64,000 nt of DNA from Mantamonas sphyraenae STR306 (lineage: Eukaryota > Protista > CRuMs). This document shows positions 43,311 to 54,424 of this stretch, in pieces. Location of the stretch: NCBI GenBank assembly GCA_026936335.1, contig JAPMXV010000006.1, positions 1 through 64,000 on the forward strand, read 5' to 3'. The notes under the pieces were generated by a model. The model ran no database searches. It saw only the letters and a program-made list of their open reading frames with translations, and was not told where the DNA came from. Positions within the stretch are counted from its first letter, which is position 1, and each line of letters begins with the position of its first letter. The translations under genes and the position numbers were made by a program.

Positions 43311-46300
43311 ATGGACGACAAAAGTGCGTCCTCAGGCCGGAGCAGCAGCAGCCACAGTAGCAGCAGCACGGCCACACGCACAAAGCCTCCGCCGCCGCCG
43401 TCCCTGGAGCTGCCGAAAGGTGCCAGCAGCAGCACGAGCGACGCCCGTCTTCCGCGCCACAAGCGTCGCCAATGGCAGGTTCTTTTTGAGCAGCTCAACC
43501 AGGCCGTCGACTCGCTGTATAGCACATGTCTAAAGGAAAACTCAACCCATCAGGTCGACCTCGTCATCACAGAGGTGGAAAACATCGCCCAAGACTTTCG
43601 CGAGGTAGGTCCCGCTCCCGGCCCCACGCTCCCACGCTCCCACAAGCCGGCCCTGCTACCGTGAGCAGTCTCTTTGCTTGTTGTTGTCGCCGCTACGCTG
43701 GCACGTCTGCTTCGTGTGCCTCCCGTGGCCCGCCCAACCACGAGTTCCAGCCGGATTCCTGCCGTTCCTGTTCACAGAAACGCACCAACTCACGCCTCCA
43801 CGTCCGCGCAGCTGCGCAAGAACCTGGATGCCCAGCGCGCGTACGACCAGGGCAAACAGGTGCCCATTGTGTGGGAGGTGCGCAAGAACAGTGTGGGCAG
43901 TGCACGTGCCCTAGGAGAAGGCACAGGCTCCCTTCTTGCAAAAGCCCGTACCGCTGCGGCCTCGTCCTCCTCCTCCTCCTCCTCCTCCTCCACTACCTCC
44001 TCCACATCCACACAGGACGAACCCAGCAGCAGTGGAGAAGGCAGCCACCACACAGGGAACAGCTCGGCCTCTGTGCCGCAGCCCGCCGCTTCGAAAACAA
44101 CCAAAGCCAACAAGATCGACGCTGACAGGCCGTGGGCCATGGTTGTTGCAGGCAGCCAGCAAGCAAGCGACCTGCACAGCAAACTGAGTTCGCCCGAGCG
44201 CACGCGTCGAAGCCAGGACGAGACACGCAAACGCCTCGAGGCCAAACAGGCCAAGGCCAAGCTCAAGCGCGAGCGCTTGCGCCACGAACAGCAGCACAAG
44301 AGACGCAAGCACACCAACAAGCTGCGCCTGGCCAACGAACGTAAAGAACAACAACGTGCACAGCAGATGCACCACATCGACCAGAAAATGGAGGAGGCCG
44401 ACCAACGACGCGAACAGCACATTGCCAAGATCAAGAGCAAAGCCGAAAACGAGAACAGCAAGGTGGAAGAGCTCGCCTTCATCACAACCCTCAACAAGCA
44501 ATCCAAGCTCGCGTCGATTGAGCAGAAGCTCAAGGACAGCGAGGCCCGCCGCATGGCTAACATGGACAGCAAGCTCAAGAAGCTCGCCGAAGACACTCAG
44601 GTACGCGAACAAAAGGTCGAAATGGCAAAGCGCCGCCACCAGCGCGGCAACAGCGTCGACAGCGACGCCGCTGCCTACGATGACCCTTCCACAGACGCCG
44701 GTTCCTCCTCGGCCTCGTCCACAGGCGACAAGGCAAACCGACGTTGGTCCGACATCTCTCCCCTCAAGAACTATTCCAGCTCCAAATCGCCCGGCAGTTC
44801 ACCCCAAGCCTCGTCCACCACCGCCAGCACCAACACAAACGCAAACACAAACACAACCCACCGCCGATCTCGCACACACTCCTCTCCCATGCTCTCGCCA
44901 TCGAGCGCAAACGCAAGCAGCCCCGACCGTCCTGCCCACCTCCCCACCTCGCCTGCCTCTGCCAGAAAGCTCGATTTTGGCGCCAACGCGAGTGCACAGG
45001 ACGCTTCTGACGTCAGCGGCACCATCAGTGTCACCGCCTCCTCCTCCTCCTCCTCCTCCTCCTCCACCACTTCAGGAAAGCGGGCAGGAAAGGGTGGGAC
45101 CACTCGACGTCGCAGGATACTCACTGACGATTCGGACGCAGACAGCGACGACGACGTGGAACAACAGCAAGAGCAGAGTGTCAGTCTCGTGCTCGATTCC
45201 GTGTCTGCAGAAGCAACCGATTCCCGCAGGCCTCCACGTGTCGAGATCCACCACACGCCAAGTCTCGGCCGCCGCGGGTCCACGCCTCGTCGCGAAACGC
45301 AGAGCGCAAGCACAAACAAGAAGCTTATGATGCTGTCGCCCACATACACGCTGGAGCATGGCCTGCGACGAATGTGTCTCGTCTGCAACATCGAAGTGCC
45401 CATGGACCAAAAAGTCGATGTTCACCTCCAGAGCAAGCGCCACCGCACAGCCGTACGCCGCTGCCGCGAGGAACAGCATCAGTCCTCTTCCTCATTCTCC
45501 TCGTTCTCCTCATCATCATCATCCGCTGCAGCGCGTGGGCGAAGCAGCAGCAGCGACAGCGTGAGCTCGATCGGTTCAGCAACGCACGACTCAATCACCC
45601 CTGCAGGTGACCTCCTCATGGACCTACACTCCATCGACTGCATCATCACCCTGCCCGTCAGCACCATGACAGTCGACACCCTGCGTGATGGCGGTCACGA
45701 ACAGCAGCTGGCGTACGAAGAGTACGTGCGCAGCGCACGAAAGCGGGCGAAAAAGATCCGTGCCCGCATGGAAGGCAACAAGGAATGGCACGAGCAGTAC
45801 GGCAACGAGAGCGAACGCAAACTGGACGCATGGCAGCGACGCATGCGCAAGCTCATCGACGCCACCGTCCAGTCCTCCCACGCCGTCACAGACCTCTTCC
45901 AGGTCGAGTCCCTTGTCGACCAGATGCACACTCACCTGGCCAACACGCACGCTTCCACCGACGAGCACACGCGCCATCTTCACTACTTCCGTGCTGTTGG
46001 TGGCATCAACGCCATCATGCTTGTGTTTGCCAACCATGACCTTCTGCCCTCCGAACTCGTCAAGCGCATGATCCAGGTCCTCCGCCTCGCTTGCCACCTC
46101 CACGACAACGCCCGCTTCCTCCTCATGAACAACATGCTCCATGTTCTCATGGACCTCGCCACCGCACATGTCTGCCTCGACGAAACCTACCTGCCCGACC
46201 TCCTCGACCTCCTTAGCCAGTGTCTCGGAGGCGGCCCAGACTCCACCGGAGACTCCCACCATGACGACCGCGCCTACGCCACTATGCTCAACGACGCCTC

Positions 46301-47189
46301 CATGTACATCCTCTCCCTTGGCGTCGCCGACCGCATTCGCGTCCGCTTCGAGAACAGCGAGGGCATCGACTTTTTCCAGCAACTCGGCGCTCTCCCGTCC
46401 CCATCCCCGGGCGTTGTCCGCCTGCCTCTCGCACACACTCTCTCCCTCGACATTGTACAGTCCTGCCTGGGTCTCCTGGACGTCCTGCTTGCCGGTCAGC
46501 GCGGACGCGACGCGGGCACAGACACAGCCTTCCACGCCATGGCCCAGTCCAAGCTCGCTGGCATTCCTGTCCTTATGGCCAATGCCGTCCTCATGGCTGG
46601 TCCACGTCGACGACGTCCCAAGACAGAAAAGGTCAGCTTCGATCCAGCCGTCGCCAACGTCTGCCTCACCTCCCTTCGCATCCTCGACCAGATGGCCCAG
46701 CTCGACCTCGACGTCTTTCAACAATGCATGGCCAGCAACTATGCGTCCGAACTGTACCACGTCGTCTCCCACCTCGTCTGGCACTGTTGCAGCAACGCCG
46801 AACAGGAACATAGCCCGGGTCTGCTCCACGCCTGCACTCGCCTCCTCGGCTTCTACTGTCTCGGTGCACGCTTCAACCAGGAGATCATGCAAACTGGCCA
46901 GCGCCCCACCCTCCTTCAGATGCTTGCCGGCTTGCCCATCGAATATTTCGTCGATCCCAAACTCGCCGCCGTCATCCTCCCCACCCTCATGGTGGCCTGC
47001 CACAACAACCGCCGCAACTGCGACGTCCTGCGTCAGGACATGAGTCTCATCCTACTTCAGCGATACGCTCTCACCGAGCACAAACGACGTCATTCCAGCA
47101 GCAACAGCGGTCCTGCGCCTTCGCCAGTCCTTGCGCTCATTGACAACGACACCCTCGCGGACATGATCGAGTTTTTCGCAAAGAAATGA
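43311..47189 (+). CDS. SCAPER: SCAPER-like protein (S-phase cyclin A-associated protein in the ER); intron ~43605-43811
   Basis: WQVLFEQLNQAVDSLYSTC, LHSKLSSP, KVEELAFITTL, a C2H2 finger (CLVC...HLQSKRH) and C-terminal NQEIMQTGQRPTLLQMLAGLPIEYFVDPKL...PTLMVACHNN. Confidence 0.88.
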
Positions 47190-47235
47190 ATGGTGGTGTG
47201 GTTGTGTGCTTTTTTGGCATTTTTGTTTTGGCAGC

Positions 47236-48320
47236 TCACCTGCTCGTCAAACTCGCCTCCAATTCAGCGATGCGTGCTTTCAAAAGCTTGTACCGCTTAT
47301 ACTCTGCACTCATGGGCATCTGGTCGTCGAGGAACTTGACTTTGCGACCGTGCTTCTTGAGAAAGTCCTGTTGGAATGCGTGCAGCTTGATCTGCAAGCT
47401 CTTTTTCTCCTTGCGCAACATGGCCAACTGGTCGTTGACCGACGCACTGCCTGTGCGTGTGAGCAGAAGGGTGTCTCCCAGATCGTCGGATGACTGGCCC
47501 TGTGTGACCGTATTGCTGGACGATGCGTCCTCCGAGTCGTCGGCGTCGCCAGACTCGGACGCAGACACCTCTCTCTGCGCGACATCCAGTGACGTCTTGA
47601 CAGCACGGTACCATGAGTACACGGGGCGCAGCACTTCCTTGTCTGCCTTGTTGGGCGCTACGCCGTACTCGGATTGGAAAGCCTCGTCAAAGTTGCGCAG
47701 CTCGCGCTTCACCACGCTCTTTTCGTTCATCAGCTGTTCTGTGCTCATGTCATCCAGTGACTCTGGTCGGCTGTCCTGCGCTCGGAAATAGTCCAAGCGG
47801 GCCCACACGTACTCCAGTGGCTTTTGCAGCAGCATGGCTACGTCCAGCACGTCGTCGTGCAGCTCCAAGGTGTCCGAAGGCGTGCTTGTGCCTGTGTCAC
47901 TGGAGGCGGTCGCTCCTTCTGTTGTTTCGGTTGTTGATGATGAGGATGATGATGAGGATGATGATGAGGATGCCCCTGCCGCCTCATCCGAGTTGGTGGA
48001 CGCTGCACCGGCTGCTGGCGTGGCCGTGGTCGCCGCACCACTTTTGCCGCCCTTGCCAAAGAGCATGTTGCCTACGACATCCTTGGTAATGTCTCCGATC
48101 ACTCGCTTCTCTGTGCTGTCCAGCACGGCGGGCGACGACGGCACACCCGCTGTTCGCAGCGGTGTCTCGGGTGTCGTGGGCTCCTCCAAGGCCTCTGGGC
48201 TGAGCCGTGCTGAGGCGTCGTTCTCGTGTTGTGGCGCCTCTTCGCTTTGTACAACATCCGCATTGGCGGCGGCGCCCTGTGTTTCGTTCTCCACGTCCTT
48301 CGTGTCGTCGTCCCCCTCCG

Positions 48321-48354
<34 letters not shown>

Positions 48355-49961
48355 GGTTGTGGATGTGGTTGTGGATGTCCCTGCCTCCTCGTCAACCATG
48401 TTGGCCTTGGCGGCTTCTTCTTCCCGTTCCCTCTGCTCCAACTCCACCTGCTTGCGGCGTCCGCCACCACGTCCTCCGCGTGCTCCGCGTGACCGCAGCG
48501 TGTTGGTTGACGAAAACTGCTCCAGAGTAGCCACGTCAAAGTTGAAATCGCCTGCCATCATCTTTTCCATGATCTCCACCTCCTCCGCCGTCATTTCCAC
48601 CTTGCGTTTCGAGTACCTGTCACTGCGTCGCTTGCTGTTATACTCGTCGGCCTCGGCCGACCCTGCACCCATCTCCTGGGCGTCCGACTCGCTCTTGGCG
48701 TGTTGCAGCAGACCTGAGTTGGCACCTGTGGTGTGCACGTCCTCGTCCTGGTCCTCGTCTTTGTCGTGAGGGTCGCCAGTGTCCCTCTCTGCTTGCCCGT
48801 CCTGCACAGGGTTTTTGTCGCCTGTGTCGTTGGCCACGTCCTTGTCACCGTCCTCTTCGCCAAAGTACACCTTGCAGGCGGTCACCTCCTTCTCCACACT
48901 TGCGCCAAATACGTATGGGTAGCGCTCGACGAGCAGCTGAACGATGCCGTTCGCGTTGCCGCTGTCCCTGAAGATCTGCCCGATGTCCTGGTCCTGGCCG
49001 CGGATGAGTCCCGGCGCAATGCAGGTGCTGATGTTCTGTTGGGTCATCTTGTTGACCTTTTGGTAGAGGCACAGCTGGTAGAGGTAGTGGAAAAGGCGCT
49101 GGAGGACGTTCTTGTTATCAGAGGGCAATTCCGCGACCAGCGCGTTCAGCGTGTTGAACCGCTGGATGCCGTCCTCCATGCCTGGGGACAAGGAGACGAG
49201 TCAGTGTCAGTGTCTTTTTAGCAGCCCCTCTCCCGCCCAGCACGCACGCCAACCTACGATGCGCATCAATAAACGATTGGTAGGCCGAAAACGGGATGAG
49301 CGGGTCGGCCAGCTCGCGAAAGTACAGCTTGAGTGTGCCGGCAACCACAAACACGTCGTACTCTTCGATGTCCGAGATGATTTCTGAGGGCATATATGAG
49401 TGCAGGTAGGTCCAGGTACGAGGGTGTGAGCCTGTGTGCATGGCGCTGGCCTCCTGTGCAAAACGCTTGCCGTTTGCGTGTCTCCCCTTTGCCCCTTTTT
49501 CGGACTCGGGCGCTCACAATAACGGTCCCCGTTTGCACGCAGCCGCAAACCCGGGCAACCTTGCGCATCGCCTGTGAGTGGCCCGCGCGTCGTGTCGTCT
49601 CTGCTTACCTCCTGCGTCATAGCGCGCCTTGAGTGAATCGATGTGTGTCTGGTTGCCAGGAATGCGAAAGACACCCTCGGTTTGCAGCGCTGCGATTGGG
49701 TGTTAGCAATGGCTGGATGCCCATGGGACGATCGTGCGCACACACGAAACCCTCATGGCCGCACGTACAGTGTTTGGTGAGCATGTTGAGACAGTCGTAC
49801 ACGACGTCAGGCAGACGTTCTTCCTTGGCTTCCGGTTTGGCTAGCTCGATGCCTCGTTCCAACGTGGCGCCAAACACGCGCAGCTCGTCACTGGCTAAGC
49901 TGCGGTTGATCCCACCCGTGGTTGCAAACTTTTTGCCTCCAAAGCGTTTGAACACACTCAT
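47236..49961 (-). CDS. FAM13-like RhoGAP protein with several 5' introns
   Basis: RhoGAP pieces VFGATLE...LPDVVYDC, VAGTLKLYFRELADPLIP and NKMTQQNISTCIAPGL. FAM13-type C-terminal repeats EKSVVKRELRNFDEAF and EKKSLQIKLHAFQQDFLKKHGRKV...EYKRYKLLKARI. Confidence 0.82.
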
Positions 49962-50152
49962 GGGCTTGCTGGGCAAGGTTTGTGCGCAAACGCGCGGTGC
50001 TCACCATCCCCAACAACACCACACACAGTGCGTTGACCAACCAGCCCAGCCCCCCCCCCTCACCCCCCCCGAGCGCCTGTTGCCTTTTATTCCTCCGCCT
50101 CGTTCTCTTTGTTTTGCTGTTGCCCTCGTTGCTTACCCGGCTCAGCGCAGAC

Positions 50153-50954
50153 ATGTCCGAGCAGCCCGAGCAGAAGACGTTGACGTACGACGAAGCCAAG
50201 GGTGAGTGAAGAGTGCAGTGCAACCATCGTTGCTGGTGGTGGAGGTACACATGCGTGCTGCCTTGGACAGAGACCAACCAGCCCGTTGCGACGTTGCAGC
50301 ACCGGCCCGCCGGACAGCCGCCGCCGCTGCTTTTTTCCGATCTCGAGCCCAAGCGCTGCTCTTGGCCAAACACGTGCGCGTCGTCGACACCGCCGCTGTC
50401 GCCCTGTAACTCGCACACGTTCTCGTGTGAGGCCGCCCATGGCGCATGCGTGTTGCGTAGCAGCCACCGGTGCGCAGAGCTGCTGTTGGAAGCCAAAGGG
50501 CCGCTGGAGAGGGAGAGGGGAAACGCTCGCGAAAGGTGCTGACGCGGAAAACGACGTGCACACACGCACACAGAGGCCCTCACAAAGGTCATTGCTGCCT
50601 TTGAAGACGAGGAGAACGCCACCAAGATTGCCGAGGCCAAGGCTGAGGCTGGTGACGACATGATGCAGATGATGCAGATCGTACGTGGGCCCTTTGTGTC
50701 GCGCGTCGCCCCATGCCGAATCGGTTTCTGACCCACCTTCCCTCCGCATCCCTCCGCCGCCTCTGTCCGCACACACACAGGTGTTTCCCGTGGCTCTGCA
50801 GATCCAACAGAGCGTCATCGAGGAGTATGGCTTCGAGGCCTCCCAGCAGGGTGTGCTGGCTTTCACCATGGCCATTCGCGCCCACGAGAGCGACGCCGAG
50901 ATTGCCCAGATGAGCCAGAGCCTCAAGGCCAAGTTCATGCCCAGCAGCACCTAA
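50153..50954 (+). CDS. Protein C10 (C12orf57/Grcc10) family, three exons
   Basis: Spliced product MSEQPEQKTLTYDEAK/EALTKVIAAFEDEENATKIAEAKAEAGDDMMQMMQI/VFPVALQIQQSVIEEYGF...GVLAF resembles C10. Donors GTGAGT and GTACGT. Confidence 0.85.
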
Positions 50955-51189
50955 ACAGCGTTCAACTCATCCCTCCAACCCCAACAGCACTTTGTCTCGT
51001 GGCACTGTGCACTGCACACGTCATGGCGCGAGAGGGGCGCAGGGTGAAATGAATTTGATCCGTTCCGCATGACGCTGCCGCTCCTCATCTTGTTGCCGCT
51101 TTGCCCGCCTCTCTAGGTGCACCCTGACCAAACTGCATTTGCAGACACTCCACTGCGTGTCCATCTCGATGCACCAGCGCACACAAGCA

Positions 51190-51648
51190 ATGTTCACACG
51201 CGGCTCGGTTGTCCAGCGAGCAGGCCCGTCGTCGTCGTCGTCGTCGTTGCTTGTGCACACGCTCACCACCACACATGCCTCTGCCTGCGTCCGTCGTATG
51301 GCTACCACCTCAGCAAAGTCCTCCTGGAGTGACTGGCTCTTTGCTCCACAGCAAACCCCGCGCATCATCAACATCCTCTGGCCACTGGCCCTCGGCACAC
51401 TAGCCCTTCGCAACATGAATCTCTCTGCAGACCTCCAACAAGGCTATGACCAACTCTGGCTCGAGAACCAACGTCTCAAGGCCGAACAACTCGACACGGA
51501 CAAGGCACCGCCGCTGCAAAACGTCGACGACGACAACAGCGCAGCGAACACCTATACTGACGATACAGGCGACTCCACCACACAATCATATGCGCCACGC
51601 GGTGGCAGCGGCGACGACATAAACTTGGAGGATGAGATGGTCGGTTGA
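51190..51648 (+). CDS. Small hypothetical protein, possibly mitochondrial, with one hydrophobic segment and a short coiled-coil
   Basis: Arg/Ser-rich presequence-like N-terminus, IINILWPLALGTLAL, LQQGYDQLWLENQRLK and an acidic tail. Fills the gap between neighbouring genes. Confidence 0.5.
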   Translation: MFTRGSVVQRAGPSSSSSSLLVHTLTTTHASACVRRMATTSAKSSWSDWLFAPQQTPRIINILWPLALGTLALRNMNLSADLQQGYDQLWLENQRLKAEQLDTDKAPPLQNVDDDNSAANTYTDDTGDSTTQSYAPRGGSGDDINLEDEMVG

Positions 51649-51772
51649 CGCCTCCCAAGACCCCCGCCAAAATCCTCTGCCTCGAACAGCTTCGCCGAAA
51701 CTCTCCTCCTCCCCCCCCACGTCCACACGCCACATCCATCTCTTGCTGCCCATTCCAAAACGAGCTCTTCAT

Positions 51773-52181
51773 TTACAGGTTTTCGCTCACGGTGCCGTCA
51801 TGCGGCGCATAGTTCAGGATCTTCTCGATGAGGTCGACGTGCGTGAGCAGCATGCGTCGGCAGCAATAGCGTTTCAGGTTCAGTGCGTCGAGTGCCTGTC
51901 CTTCGTCGTAGTCATCGTTCAGCAATCGCAGGTAGTCTTCATACTTGTTCCCGATCACCTGTGCCGTGTGCGTGTGTGTGTGTGTGTGTGACCGTGTGCG
52001 TGCGTGTCCCAACCCGCCGCGCGCACAGAAAACCCCCTCCTGCGTCAGCAGCCTCCCACACGGTCTCCTCGAACCCCCCACCCCCCGCATCAAGACACCC
52101 CTTCCAGCGTGTGACCAACACACACGCGCCCATGTGCACACGCACCTTTCCGCAAGAGAAACACCGCACAGGAATGATCAT
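51773..52181 (-). CDS. RPB10: RNA polymerase I/II/III subunit RPB10 (RPABC5); exons 52181..52146 and 51958..51773
   Basis: [17 protein letters not shown]...[30 protein letters not shown] donor and CAG acceptor. Confidence 0.98.
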
Positions 52182-52244
52182 GCCGCCGTTTTTCTGGGCC
52201 GCCCTTCGCATTGGTCCAGCTGTCCATTCATCCAATGTCACCCA

Positions 52245-54173
52245 TCAATCAAGCTTGGCGTACTTGCCACGCACACCCACCAGCACCAACAGGTTGTGAA
52301 TGCCTGCAGAGGGCCCCACCATGAGCACGTGCAGCAACACAAGGTACGCCACCACAGCCACCGCCAACACAAGGTCAAAATACACACTCTTGTCCTGGTA
52401 GATGGTCAGAGTGGCTGGCGACGCCTGCCAAAAGTCATACTCGCTTTTCTCCTGAAACAGAAACGTCATGGTGCCCACCTTGGACGTCAGATTCCACAGC
52501 GTCGTCTCCATCCCGCGCAGAACAGGCTGGGCCTCTTTGCCCACGGGCTGCATGCGCACCACGCCGCTCAAGCTACGGTGCCACTCCTCTACAAACGGCC
52601 TCGACACTCCCAGTTCGCCTGCAAACACCTCCGGCGCCTCCTGCTGCGAGCTCGGGCGGTACCCGTACACGTGTGCCACCACACTCTCCGCCACGAAGCG
52701 AATGTTGCGCACAAGCACATCCATGTCCACCTCTGTGTCAAACATGTTTGGTCGTGCAAACGCTTCGTCCACCGCCTCCGCTCGCGAGGACAGCGTTGCC
52801 GCAAGCAGTTTCTTCATCGCAAAGTGCTCGTGCTGCCACGCCTTCACCGGGTTGCCCACGTTGATCTTCTTGCGCACCACCTGGAACGGAATCTGCATCC
52901 TTTCCGCGGTCGCCTCAAACGCCCCGTACACGTCCTTGACCAGCTGCGACTTGCGCGGCTTCGACACGTGCAGGTACAGCTTATCCCCATGGCCCAACGA
53001 GTCCAAGCACAGCACAAACTCCACCGACGGCTGTACCACACAACACCCCATCGTCACCGTGTCAGCATCCTTCACAAACATGCTTCATCTCTCCTGCACC
53101 CGACCCAAACACAAACTGACCAGCAGCCCAGAGCTCTTTTCCAGCCACGCCTGCGCTCCCAGGTAGTTGTGCTGTCCAGCTGCCGTCAGCAGAAACAGCA
53201 TTCCGTACTCGCCACGGCTCTCTGCATACAGCTTTGAAAACAGCCTCGCCAGCTCCAGCACCGCCGTCGCTCCGCTCGCACTGTCGTCTGCTCCGTATGC
53301 CATCGTCTGCTCATTGCCATGTGCACAGAAGCATCCACATGTGTCAGCATCCCACCTCCACACCCACCCAGCCTCCCTCATTCTTCTCCTATCAGCGGCG
53401 GCCTGGGTCTTGCACACAACGCTCCCACGCGCAACTTACCGGAACCGCGCTCAAAGCATCGTAGTGGGCCACAAAGGCCATGCTGCGCGCAGGCTGTGCA
53501 CTCCCAGCTGTACCGCTGCCAGCCAGCCATCCCTGTGTGCCAGAACATCCCCCACTGCTGTGTAAGCGTCACGCATTGCCCAGTGCATGCGCCACGTCCT
53601 CGCTCTCTTTCCCTTGGCAGTGCGGCCCATCCCACCCACTTCCTTTGCCTCACTCACCTGGTAGTTGGCCACAGGCTCTCCCTGAACCTTGCTCGGGCTG
53701 CTGCCTGCAATCACAACCTGGTACGAGTCGCCCGACGAGCTGCCGTCTTCCTGCCCCACACGTGCCAGCGAATCCCGCAGCGACTCGCTCTCTGTGATAA
53801 AATACACCGGAATCTGGCCAAAGTTGGCCTTGAACAATGCTGCCTCGACGCCCGCCCACGTGCTTGCTTCAGGCGCCGTCGTCGGCATGGTGATCACCAC
53901 AGCGCGAACTCCCGTTCCGTTGTACAGTTGTTCCAGCTTGTCTGCATACGATGCGAGCTGTTCCAGCGTCACAAACAGCACACGGTTGTGCGTTGCTTTC
54001 ACATCCCTGCTCGCCTCGCCCGCAACGCCTGCTCCTGCGCTTCCAAACGCTTCGCCGCTCGCCACCTTGGCGTACTGCACCAGCCGGTGTGCCTCTCCCG
54101 TTGCCTGTCCACACACCAGGCTGCTGCACAGTGCCACCGCAACCAGGGCAACCAACAGTGTCTTTGTCTGCAT
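52245..54173 (-). CDS. NCLN: Nicalin (M28-like ER membrane protein), multi-exon
   Basis: Signal peptide, HRLVQY, GADDSASGATAVLELARLFSKLY, AGQHNYLGAQAWL, FVLCLDSLG...LYLHVSKP, KKIN...AWQHEHF and a C-terminal TM. Confidence 0.9.
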
Positions 54174-54299
54174 CGGAAGTTTCTTTTGTTTGGAACGCGC
54201 TTCCATCTCTCTCGCTCTTCCCACTTTACTGTCGTTTGCAAAACAGCGCGCGCAAGGCCACAGTGGGCACCAGTGGTCAAAGTCATGTGTGAAGGCGAA

Positions 54300-54424
54300 T
54301 GTGTGTCAGTGAACCGCTGGTAGCGTTCCTCCTCCGGTTGGGAACGAGGCTGAAAGAATCCACGTACACGGTTTCGTTCTTTTTTCGCGTGCCCGCCGCT
54401 AGCCGCGTCCACGACATGAGCTAT
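54300..54424 (-). ncRNA. Candidate Fanzor omegaRNA scaffold and start of guide, immediately 3' of the nuclease stop
   Basis: Position matches known TnpB/Fanzor loci. Stems: AAAGAA 54353-58 / TTCTTT 54377-82, CGTTCC 54324-29 / GGAACG 54341-46, and a GC-rich stem at ~54386-54413. Not confirmed by folding or RNA data. Confidence 0.4.

Noticed and set aside
50955-51135. Possible C/D snoRNA in the gap after C10 (GTCATG/CATGAC stem, CTGA)
   Set aside because: No canonical RTGATGA C box. Evidence too weak.
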